NCBI GenBank assembly: GCA_002269645.1
Contig: NIVC01000059.1
Coordinates: 744,001 to 808,000 of the forward strand
Source: Macrostomum lignano
Taxonomy: Eukaryota
Direction: 5' to 3'
Length of the DNA stretch: 64,000 nucleotides
Shown: positions 1-10,196 of the stretch, one piece after another
Position numbering within the stretch: the first letter of the stretch is position 1
How the letters are laid out: the number at the start of each line of letters is the position of its first letter
Made by a program: the position numbers and the translations under genes
The notes under the pieces: generated by a model
What the model saw: the letters and a program-made list of their open reading frames with translations, nothing else
Databases searched by the model: none
Told to the model about the DNA's origin: nothing

Positions 1-2
1 GC

Positions 3-1133
3 AACTCTGATCAGCTGATCGGCTTCCCGATGCCATTCGAATTTCGAAACATCGAGGGCACAAAATACGATCTTCCGCACGGCCACAGCTGGGAGTATTA
101 TAGCCCGTTTGGTAAGCTTGAATCTCTGCAGCGAGTCTCCTTGACGTCTATAACATCCAGCAAGAACAGTCGGCCGATCAAGTCAACTCTGAGCTACATG
201 TCCATAGAGAAAGTCGGGCCCAGCCTCAGCTACCTAATGGATCTGATGCTGTCGCAGCGCAAGTTTTTCAACATGTCCTCGGCGCTGAAAATCTACGACC
301 AGCTTATCTGCCGACTATTAGTGATGCACAAATACTCGGTTATTCATGGCGACATCAATCCGTCGGCGTTATGTTTTGGCACCGGTGAGGCCGTCAATGT
401 GCTCTATTTAAACAATTTCGAGGCCGCCTTGCTGGCGCCCACATTCGGCCTACCGCTGCCTTTCTTTCACGACCGCTTCGTCTCGTACAGCCGTGTGAAG
501 GACAAATCGGTCCACTTCATCCACGACCTCGAGTCAGCTTTCTACGTGTTCCTATACTTGATGCTTGGCCGACTGCCGTGGGACTCTCGTCTGGGCGTTA
601 GCGAAACTGAGAGTTCGACTGTTGCGCCCGTTGGCGTCGACATCTCGGTCAATGATTTCCGCTCAGAGAAGAGTCGCACCATGGAGGAGAAGGAAAAGTT
701 CTGGCAGTCGTCTAATCAACTGCTGTGGATGGTGAAGTCAATAGACACAGAGTTCAGGGACTCCATGTATCGGAACTTTGCGTCCGACATTGTGGAGGCG
801 ATCTATGCCAGAGTAAAGGAGAGCATGTCCACTTGCCAGTCGCTTAGTCAGTCTGCCTACGCGAAGAGTGTCTTCATCACCGGCACGGCTCCTTACAATG
901 CCTACTTTGGTGTTAGAAAGATAATTGCCAGTTTCTTCCGCTTTGAGTCGCGAAGCAACGCCTTGAAAGATCCGGTGTGGTCAGCCAAGACCGACATGCT
1001 GTTTAAGGAGGACGCTAACGACCGTCGCATAGCCTGGGATTTGAGCTCCTGGTGCTGGAACTACTTGGAAGCCGATGCCAATTCTGTTAAACGACAGTCG
1101 TCAAGGAAGTCGCAGATCGTCGTTAGTTCATAA
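3..1133 (+). CDS. CK1/TTBK-like protein kinase-fold protein (predicted pseudokinase), paralog 1; 5' end lies outside the window
   Basis: The frame is open from base 3 (NSDQLIGFPMPFEF, matching DQLIGFPMPFEF of paralog 2). It has CK1-type motifs LGPSL, HGDINP, DLESAFYVFLYLMLGRLPW; the DFG position reads NFE. Confidence 0.8.
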   Translation, partial: NSDQLIGFPMPFEFRNIEGTKYDLPHGHSWEYYSPFGKLESLQRVSLTSITSSKNSRPIKSTLSYMSIEKVGPSLSYLMDLMLSQRKFFNMSSALKIYDQLICRLLVMHKYSVIHGDINPSALCFGTGEAVNVLYLNNFEAALLAPTFGLPLPFFHDRFVSYSRVKDKSVHFIHDLESAFYVFLYLMLGRLPWDSRLGVSETESSTVAPVGVDISVNDFRSEKSRTMEEKEKFWQSSNQLLWMVKSIDTEFRDSMYRNFASDIVEAIYARVKESMSTCQSLSQSAYAKSVFITGTAPYNAYFGVRKIIASFFRFESRSNALKDPVWSAKTDMLFKEDANDRRIAWDLSSWCWNYLEADANSVKRQSSRKSQIVVSS

Positions 1134-2846
1134 TCAGACAGTTTGGTCAGAAAACCAGGTTCATTCGAACACTTCCGACGTCAGCTTTAGGATACTTTAT
1201 TAGGTCTAGGGCATTTCTTATCAGATGGCATACAAGTAGCGTGTCACAATGGTACCGATTCTGATTATTGCATCTAAGCATAGGTTTTTTATTTAGAATC
1301 TCTGCGTCTAGAGCGTATATGCAGTCTTTTCTTCTAAGCTTTTTCTAAATATATGGTCAGTCTGATTCGTTTGAGAATCAGCAGCTAAGTAGCCATTTGA
1401 AATAGCGCTTATAACTCTAAAATTCATATTTTTCTGCATTAATTATCTTGGATCTGTGGCTAATTTTTTATGCGTAATGTCAGAATGGAATGAAAATTGT
1501 CATTGTCCGGCGCTGTACGCTCATTAGTTAACTCTTGGAAATCATTGCGTACGGCTACTGAGTATTCATTCATGAGACAATGCGCTTGGTTATGAATGGT
1601 TTTGGAGGTTAACAGTATTTACGTAAATACGAGTATACGAGCCTGATTTTTCACGAGTGACTAGAATTAAGAGTAATCACTCTCCAACCCTCAAAACCCA
1701 AAACCATATACAAAATCTACCATCGTTGGTTTGGTTCTTGCCCCTAGTTCACAATTGAACTCAAAAATGTTGAAAAAGTGTAAAAAGTACAAACTAAAAT
1801 GAACCTAAAACAGTAGTAACCTTTTACGAGGTTCAGTAAAGTAATTAATGGTTTCACTTGATTAAAACTCTACTTTTTTGTTTAGTTGAACCAAAATTGT
1901 CATACTGTATTTGTTAATACCTCTCGCCTCTTTGCTATTGGCCTACTACAATTTACAGTTTAATTTGATTTATGGTTCTCCCAGTCTTCTCGCTTTTTGG
2001 TTACCTGGGTCCTCGTGAATCTGTTGACTAATATGTAGATAAAATCTAATCCCTATAAATTTATCCCCACACTCAAACCCTGGTACTCGTAGATTTTAAC
2101 ATTTGTGACTAGGTGGTCCCCTTGGATAATATACCTGAACTTCAATAGGGCTCCATACTTCTATTAAGGATTAGGTAGAGTATATATCAAGTCAATCCCC
2201 ATGAAGAATCTTCCCACTCTAAAACCCGTACCCGTATGCCCCGGTGTCTTGGTTTCAAGCTACATGGATTTGGATTGAAGCCACATCGAAATATGGCTTA
2301 AATTTGAAATCAGCAACCCTCATAAACCATATTTATGTAAAACTGGAACTATTTTAAAATATATACCTTAAGTTTAAGTTTAAAATGCTCCGAATTCGGT
2401 CGGGGACGCGGCCTTTTGCAGCCTAAAGACCATGACTATACCTTGCTAAGGTCGAGAAGAGTGCGTAAATTATTGTAATTTGAGGCTAACTTTATTCTCA
2501 CCTTGAGGGGGCTTCAGGACATGACAGCGTATTTTTTGTGGGTTATTGTTTGGTTAAAGTATCCGATTCCATTATTTTTTACTTACAATTATTTACAATT
2601 GTGGTGTCATAGAAGGTCAAAATCACAATTTACTGTAACTTTAGACTTGTCCACGCGACTTATTTTGCTTTGAGTTTAAGTAGCCGCCATAGACAATTCT
2701 GAACTTCTCACCTCACGAAGAGTCGAGGGAGCCTCATTAGGGGCGAAGCAATAAAAGCAGCACTAAGTAAAATCAAGCTCTTCGTCATCATTTAGTGCAG
2801 AGCCGTCAGAAAACAACTGACAGATTAGTCGCAGCAAGCAAAACAT

Positions 2847-4529
2847 ATGGAAATGCATGAAGTCTTAACCCGAACCAACAGCATGATTCTGGGCTCAGAG
2901 GTCAGCCGGAGTACATTTCTCACTCGAAGCACTACTGCAGACATATCGGCCGTCGATTGGATTGCCCAACTGAATGCAAAATGCAAGACAATTTTGAGCG
3001 CCATGTGCTCTCATTCGGATTTGCTGCTCAAATACGACTTGACGTCAAGAGAACCGGACTCGCCGATGATCTACGTGAACACGCGTATGCCGTCAAAGTT
3101 CATGTTCAACATGGAAGCATTTCCCAGGCTGTCCAAACTGGAGAAGCTCAACGGCAAGCAGTTGCAAGTGGAAGAGCTGGTTTACCACAAAATGTTCGAG
3201 GCAGTGATTGAGCGGTACACCAATTCCAATCAGAAGCCGAACCCGGTGCTGCGCGACACCCGATCGTCGGAGTTCTGCTACCGCTTGGCCATCAAGGTAG
3301 AAGCGGTGCCTGCTCAGAAGGCTTTGAAGGCTAGAAGATTAATTCTTCTACGAGAGTTTCTAATCTTACAACACTTGTGGGAGTGCTTTCACAGGGAAAT
3401 GAAAGCCAAGGTCTGCGGCACGGATCAGCTGATCGGCTTTCCCATGCCGTTTGAGTTTAAAAATGTTGTCGGCTGTTCGGAATTCGATTTTACTGAGGAC
3501 GGAATGACCTACATGCATTACAATATCCACGGAGCAGAGGAGAAGGTACTGATCACCACTATTCCGCAGACTGTGCCGGATTCCACCAGTACTACTATTG
3601 GCTCATCGCTGAGCTACATGGCAACGGAGAGGCTGGGGCCCAGTCTTGGCTACCTCATCGATCTGATGCGATCGCAAGGCAAGACTTTCTCAGTATCCAG
3701 CGCACTGAAGATCTACGATCAAATTCTCTGCAGAATGATGATCATGCACAAGTACGGCGTTGTGCACTGCGACCCGAATCCGTCCAGCTTCTATTTTGGT
3801 CCAGGTGAAAGCTGCAACGTGCTCTATATCAGTGAGCTTGGCTCCGCCCTTGTGAAGCCGGAGTTTAACATGCAGGTGCCCAGATTTCACGACCGATTCG
3901 TCTCGTACCTGCGTTTTCGCGAGCGTCGCTGCCACTTTGTACAGGACGTGGAGTCGGCATTCTACATTTTTCTCTACATGCTTGTTGGCCGGCTGCCCTG
4001 GGATGGGCGCACTCTCGGCAATCTCAAGCCTGCTGAGGGGATGTCGATGGTTCAGCCAAGCGATGACCCGTACACAGATCGCAGCCTGACTATTGACGAC
4101 AAGGAGAAGTTCTGGCAGAACCAAGACACGATAAGTCGCGCTATTCGCGTAGTTGAAATGGAAATTTACGATCCATTGTACGTCAGCTTCACCGCAGACC
4201 TGTTGGAAGCATTGTACTCGCGAACTCGCGAATCGCTTCAGCTGAGCTCGTCAGTAGGCATTGCTAACTATATGAAGGACTGCTGCGTAGGCAACACTCA
4301 GGCTTACAATGTGTATTACAATTTGCGCAGGGTCATTGCCACTTATTTCCGCTTCGAGATCCTTAACCAGCCACTCAAGGACCGGCAGGGCAGCGCGAGG
4401 CTGGAGCAGCTCAACCGCTCAAGTACAAACGATTTGAGGATCGCCTTCGACCTCAGCCATTGGTGCTGGAACCACCTCGATCCGAACCCGAATTCGAGCA
4501 CTTCGAAAAGGATTTCTTTCAAAACGTAA
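2847..4529 (+). CDS. Intronless CK1/TTBK-like kinase-fold protein (predicted pseudokinase), paralog 2, 560 aa
   Basis: Single ORF with LAIKVE (beta3 Lys), ERLGPSL, HCDPNPSS, DVESAFYIFLYMLVGRLPW; the DFG position reads ELG and no GxGxxG loop is present. Confidence 0.8.
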   Translation: MEMHEVLTRTNSMILGSEVSRSTFLTRSTTADISAVDWIAQLNAKCKTILSAMCSHSDLLLKYDLTSREPDSPMIYVNTRMPSKFMFNMEAFPRLSKLEKLNGKQLQVEELVYHKMFEAVIERYTNSNQKPNPVLRDTRSSEFCYRLAIKVEAVPAQKALKARRLILLREFLILQHLWECFHREMKAKVCGTDQLIGFPMPFEFKNVVGCSEFDFTEDGMTYMHYNIHGAEEKVLITTIPQTVPDSTSTTIGSSLSYMATERLGPSLGYLIDLMRSQGKTFSVSSALKIYDQILCRMMIMHKYGVVHCDPNPSSFYFGPGESCNVLYISELGSALVKPEFNMQVPRFHDRFVSYLRFRERRCHFVQDVESAFYIFLYMLVGRLPWDGRTLGNLKPAEGMSMVQPSDDPYTDRSLTIDDKEKFWQNQDTISRAIRVVEMEIYDPLYVSFTADLLEALYSRTRESLQLSSSVGIANYMKDCCVGNTQAYNVYYNLRRVIATYFRFEILNQPLKDRQGSARLEQLNRSSTNDLRIAFDLSHWCWNHLDPNPNSSTSKRISFKT

Positions 4530-5478
4530 GCAGTCTGACTGTCGCCTACAGAAATGACAGTAATCTTCGGATAAAATTTTAATTCATTATTATTTTATAA
4601 TCATTCCTTTGCTACTTACAGTACTACTTAAAGTACTACGAAGTATTTTACCTGAACTAATTATCGATTTAATTTTGACTTGTATCTTTACTCAGCTGTA
4701 ACGGTACGGTACGTAAGAGCAACGTAACATACTATAGTGACTTAAAAGCGTCGAAAAAGTATTCGTAATATTACAGTAACATAGAGATGCTACACGTACT
4801 ACTACTACTTGTAACTCCGCAGCTTTTGTTATAACCGGTAAAAGTTGATATGCACGCGTTTTGCTATTGGTTCGCAGAGTAAACCGTATGTACGTATTGT
4901 AATATTCTACCAATGCAAGCCACTGTAATACCAAAATGGTGTTATGCCACAGTTCACTTCGCAGCAGTGCAGGCCAGCGCTGCAATTGCTACGAGTTTCG
5001 CTGCAGAAAACCGTACGACTTTGCGTTAATTATTTGTTTAACTGTATAAGCTTTGAAAACATTGAACGAACGATTGTCGATTGAGATAGACACGGGAATT
5101 TATTTGATATGAATAAGCAGCATTGAAATACTGTTTTTCTATCGAGACTTTAGTAAGTTTACGGTGACTTCCAATTAGGAAATAATATGCAATAGCAAAG
5201 CAAGTCAGGCGATACACTGTCCAGTAGAAGGTAAAGGATATGGTAAAGTGTAGCAATACAGAGCGAAAAACATTGTTTGAAACAGTTTCGAAATTTATAG
5301 AGTAGAAGAGAATAAAATAATTTACTAGTATCACAGGTGCAGTGAAAATATTTAAAAACTAAACTAACATGTTTCCTACAAAGTGTTCAGTGTGCTTTTT
5401 GCCTCTCACACCAGCTTGGCCGTTAAAGTTGGCAAAAATACTGTTGAAATCAACACTTCTCGACCAATATCGATAAGA

Positions 5479-5859
5479 AGTTTTTATTTTTTATTAGAGG
5501 CAGGGGTTGTCTGCATCCTGCTGCACTATTATAAGTGACAATGTCGCACAGTCGGCGAGAGGCATTACTGCCCATTCCGCCGACTCCCCTGAGCGGGCAC
5601 ACAAGCGCGCGGATACGTACACAGTCATACGCGCAGGCACACACTCACACAGGAGTGTACAGCGCGGTCCTAACTTTATTTATCTTTAGGCATGTACACT
5701 TCAAGGGGTTGGCCTTCAAGGGCGTTAATGGCACGAGCAGAGACAAGTCGAGATTCCAGTTTAGCCACAAATTAATGTGACTGCACTTGGAATCGAGCCT
5801 GGGCCGCTGGCACATCAGAGCGCCTCGCGAGACCACACGAAACCATACAGGCTACGCCC
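5479..5859 (-). mobile_element. tRNA-derived SINE-like element, family A, copy 1
   Basis: The minus strand starts GGGCGTAGCCTGTATGG (A-box-like), has GGCTCGATTCC (B-box-like, 5789-5799) and an A-rich 3' tail. An independent homologous copy lies at 40998-41340. Confidence 0.7.
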
Positions 5860-6005
5860 TTGTCGTGTCCTGCTAGTGTGGGTAAAAATATTGAAAATCG
5901 AAAAACTCGACCTAGACCGAAAAGCAGTTGTCCACTTTGTAAATAGAAAAATATTTCGATAAAATCTGTGATCAACAGAAACCCAGATGCTCGCACACAA
6001 CCAGC

Positions 6006-7051
6006 TCACACTACGGACTTCTTCCCGAAAAAATCTACCGGCGGGTTCATCTGCGACGTTCGGCGCATAAAGTTTGCCGATGATCGCCGAGCACCGTTGG
6101 GCAACGCATTCGACGCCACGGCCTCCTCGGCGTCGCCGCCGCGGTACAATTTGTACAACTCCTCTACGATTTCCGCCGCGCACACGTCGCCGATATTTTC
6201 GGCAATCATCCGCAATAGAAAGATGCCGTCGTGCGACAGGAACTGGTTAACAAACTGCTTCCGCTTTTGTTTGTCTTCTTTGGATTCGTCGCATGCCGAT
6301 CGGAGTACCATCAGGTAGCGCTTGACGAACGTCTGTCGGTTCTTATACACCAGCAGGCGGATCAGCCAGACTATTGTAGAGCCGCCAGTCAGGGACAAGC
6401 ACAGGATCGTCCAGAACCAAAGGAATATGTAGATCTTCTCGTTCAGAAGGTTGACTGGCAAGACGCACTGCACAGACCGGATGTTCCACTGGCCGACGTG
6501 TTTCGACGGCACGTCGCAGAAAGTGACCCTGGGAAACACCATGGTCTGCTCCCACTCGCGGCCGCGGAGCAGATTGCTCATACAGTGCCAACCGAATGCC
6601 AGACTCTCGAAGCCTAAGAATGACTGCATAATAAACAGGTGAGCAACTCCTACTAAAGCGTGTACCATCTTGTTCGTGATGTACAAAGCAAGCAGCATCG
6701 TGCCCGACCGTTTGCCGAACCAGAAACAGGGCAGGAACTTGTGGCAGGCTTGGTGCAGCTTTTGGCGCGGCTCCGTCTTAAATGTAACCTGGCGACCGCA
6801 GTCTGGCCCGGTCCTGCTGTCCTGGTAATGACCGCAGCCCCGACAGTTGATTGTCTTCTCAATGTGTCTAGCCAGAAAGTTTACCAACTTCTTCTTTCGT
6901 TCCTGGTCCATTGTAGCGGTTTCTGCGGCAAACTTTACAATCGCGTTCGGATTGTAGCCAGTCTGCTGGGCCATGATCTTCCACACCAGGTGAGGTGTGT
7001 ACACGAGCAGTGCCTCCAGTGCCAGCACGAATGGCACCCATTGGTAGTAGT
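6006..7051 (-). pseudogene. inx: Duplicated innexin terminal exon 2 without its own exon 1 (orphan exon or alternative last exon)
   Basis: Acceptor ttttcag|AC TAC TAC CAA TGG (YYQW) and an open frame to the stop at 6006. It differs from 16919-17964 by 5 aa over 343. The upstream intron is cut at 8214 and joined to kinase sequence. Confidence 0.8.
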
Positions 7052-7949
7052 CTGAAAAGGATCGGTGAGGTTGTTTTAGCTAGTTGTACACCATCGCAAG
7101 CAACGCGAGCTTGTGTCTTTTGGAGATTTTGATGGTGAATGCTAATTCAGTTTTCGACGATGTGACTTTTCGAGCCTGTGATATGATGTGGTTGCTAAAT
7201 CAGCTTTCGACGATGTGACTTTTCGAGCTTGTGATGTAGCTAGCCCTGTTTCGACGATGGGGTGATTTTTTGAGCTTATGATCGCGACCCATTAGTGTAT
7301 TGTCTGTTTATGTGTATGTAATTTTCAAAGCTGCCAAACTGCAGACTATTTTTGTCTGCTACTTTGTCGAGACTATAGGAAACAATAGATGAACTTAATT
7401 TAGCTATGCAAGCAAAGGCTGAAGAGTAGACGTCAATCAAGGGTTAGATTAATTAAAACGAACCAATGTCACAAATGTTCTTCTCCACAAAGCAACTATT
7501 CCAAAAATGTTTTATTATAAAATATATTCGTTTAAATATGAACTCTACCGCTTAAAATTGGCACTAGGACTCGCCACCACGCTGTGCAAAATAATTTAAA
7601 AGACTCTGTCAGTTCCCCTCCCGTCTCACGCCACAAGTTGGTTGCTTTACGAGCAGCTTCCATTAACCTCCCGCCTTTGCTTTTTTTGTGGCCCAACTTC
7701 ATTCTGAGATATGCTGAGCATTTTTGTATAAGCTATAGCATCTCGCCATGCGCCTTCGCCTTGAAAATTTGCACAGAAGAAGTATGGAAATTTCTTACTC
7801 TACGAGTGTTACAACGTGTGTAGAGTCTGCGTCTGGTAGATGCTTGTTTATTGAATCAAAGAGCATTACAGCAGAAATGTCTAAAGTTTGTATTTCACCA
7901 TTGAGGTGAAAGCTTAGTGTCAGTATAAAACGACCGTCTCTATTTTGAC

Positions 7950-8190
7950 GCTCTACCAAATATCTACCAATTCCAACTCCAATCTACCAATTCCAACTCT
8001 AATTCACGAATTCCAACTCGAATCTACCAATTCCAACTCCAATCTACCAATTCAAGCTATAATCCACCAATTCCAACTCCAATCCACCAATTCCAGCTAT
8101 AATCTATCGATCCCAACTCCCAATCTTCCAAACTGGCTACTCCAAATCAACCAAAACCGACTCCAGTCTATTCCAGCTCCAACAAATTTA
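7950..8190. repeat. Degenerate CTACCAATTCCAACTCCAAT-type tandem repeat in the innexin intron (paralog at 18845-19080)
   Basis: Tandem units are visible in both duplicated copies. Confidence 0.8.
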
Positions 8191-8216
8191 AGGTACCAAC
8201 TGTTGTCCATCACGAA

Positions 8217-9453
8217 CAAGGTAGAAGCGGTGCCTGCTCAGAAGGCTTTGAAGGCTAGAAGATTAATTCTTCTACGAGAGTTTCTAATCTTACAACACTT
8301 GTGGGAGTGCTTTCACAGGGAAATGAAAGCCAAGGTCTGCGGCACGGATCAGCTGATCGGCTTTCCCATGCCGTTTGAGTTTAAAAATGTTGTCGGCTGT
8401 TCGGAATTCGATTTTACTGAGGACGGAATGACCTACATGCATTACAATATCCACGGAGCAGAGGAGAAGGTACTGATCACCACTATTCCGCAGACTGTGC
8501 CGGATTCCACCAGTACTACTATTGGCTCATCGCTGAGCTACATGGCAACGGAGAGGCTGGGGCCCAGTCTTGGCTACCTCATCGATCTGATGCGATCGCA
8601 AGGCAAGACTTTCTCAGTATCCAGCGCACTGAAGATCTACGATCAAATTCTCTGCAGAATGATGATCATGCACAAGTACGGCGTTGTGCACTGCGACCCG
8701 AATCCGTCCAGCTTCTATTTTGGTCCAGGTGAAAGCTGCAACGTGCTCTATATCAGTGAGCTTGGCTCCGCCCTTGTGAAGCCGGAGTTTAACATGCAGG
8801 TGCCCAGATTTCACGACCGATTCGTCTCGTACCTGCGTTTTCGCGAGCGTCGCTGCCACTTTGTACAGGACGTGGAGTCGGCATTCTACATTTTTCTCTA
8901 CATGCTTGTTGGCCGGCTGCCCTGGGATGGGCGCACTCTCGGCAATCTCAAGCCTGCTGAGGGGATGTCGATGGTTCAGCCAAGCGATGACCCGTACACA
9001 GATCGCAGCCTGACTATTGACGACAAGGAGAAGTTCTGGCAGAACCAAGACACGATAAGTCGCGCTATTCGCGTAGTTGAAATGGAAATTTACGATCCAT
9101 TGTACGTCAGCTTCACCGCAGACCTGTTGGAAGCATTGTACTCGCGAACTCGCGAATCGCTTCAGCTGAGCTCGTCAGTAGGCATTGCTAACTATATGAA
9201 GGACTGCTGCGTAGGCAACACTCAGGCTTACAATGTGTATTACAATTTGCGCAGGGTCATTGCCACTTATTTCCGCTTCGAGATCCTTAACCAGCCACTC
9301 AAGGACCGGCAGGGCAGCGCGAGGCTGGAGCAGCTCAACCGCTCAAGTACAAACGATTTGAGGATCGCCTTCGACCTCAGCCATTGGTGCTGGAACCACC
9401 TCGATCCGAACCCGAATTCGAGCACTTCGAAAAGGATTTCTTTCAAAACGTAA
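8217..9453 (+). pseudogene. 5'-truncated duplicate of kinase paralog 2 (from KVEAV to the stop)
   Basis: The translation is identical to the last ~410 aa of 2847..4529. The N-terminal ~150 aa are missing; the first in-frame ATG is at 8323. Confidence 0.88.
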
Positions 9454-10196
9454 GCAGTCTGACTGTCGCCTACAGAAATGACAGTAATCTTCGGATAAAA
9501 TTTTAATTCATTATTATTTTATAATCATTCCTTTGCTACTTACAGTACTACTTAAAGTACTACGAAGTATTTTACCTGAACTAATTATCGATTTAATTTT
9601 GACTTGTATCTTTACTCAGCTGTAACGGTACGGTACGTAAGAGCAACGTAACATACTATAGTGACTTAAAAGCGTCGAAAAAGTATTCGTAATATTACAG
9701 TAACATAGAGATGCTACACGTACTACTACTACTTGTAACTCCGCAGCTTTTGTTATAACCGGTAAAAGTTGATATGCACGCGTTTTGCTATTGGTTCGCA
9801 GAGTAAACCGTATGTACGTATTGTAATATTCTACCAATGCAAGCCACTGTAATACCAAAATGGTGTTATGCCACAGTTCACTTCGCAGCAGTGCAGGCCA
9901 GCGCTGCAATTGCTACGAGTTTCGCTGCAGAATTCCGTACGACTTTGCGTTAATTATTTGTTTAACTGTATAAGCTTTGAAAACATTGAACGAACGATTG
10001 TCGATTGAGATAGACACGGGAATTTATTTGATATGAATAAGCAGCATTGAAATACTGTTTTTCTATCGAGACTTTAGTAAGTTTACGGTGACTTCCAATT
10101 AGGAAATAATATGCAATAGCAAAGCAAGTCAGGCGATACACTGTCCAGTAGAAGGTAAAGGATATGGTAAAGTGTAGCAATACAGAGCGAAAAACA

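Larger units (their letters stand above)
3293..8216. repeat. First unit of a local segmental duplication (kinase 3' part, SINE, innexin exon 2 and most of its intron)
   Basis: 3293-5272 recurs at 8217-10196 (offset 4924); 5304-8214 recurs, more diverged, at 16211-19120. Confidence 0.93.

Noticed and set aside
1134-2846. Possible MITE or small gene between the kinase genes
   Set aside because: The region is AT-rich with only weak degenerate repeats; no TIR/TSD pair or ORF could be defined.
3690-4124. Antisense and alternative-frame ORFs over the kinase, innexin, Helitron and gag-pol sequences
   Set aside because: They are shadows of GC-rich coding sequence with no recognisable motifs.
5315-5345. 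CTAG|T as the 3' end of a non-autonomous Helitron
   Set aside because: There is no convincing GC-rich subterminal hairpin, and the site is present in both duplicate copies.
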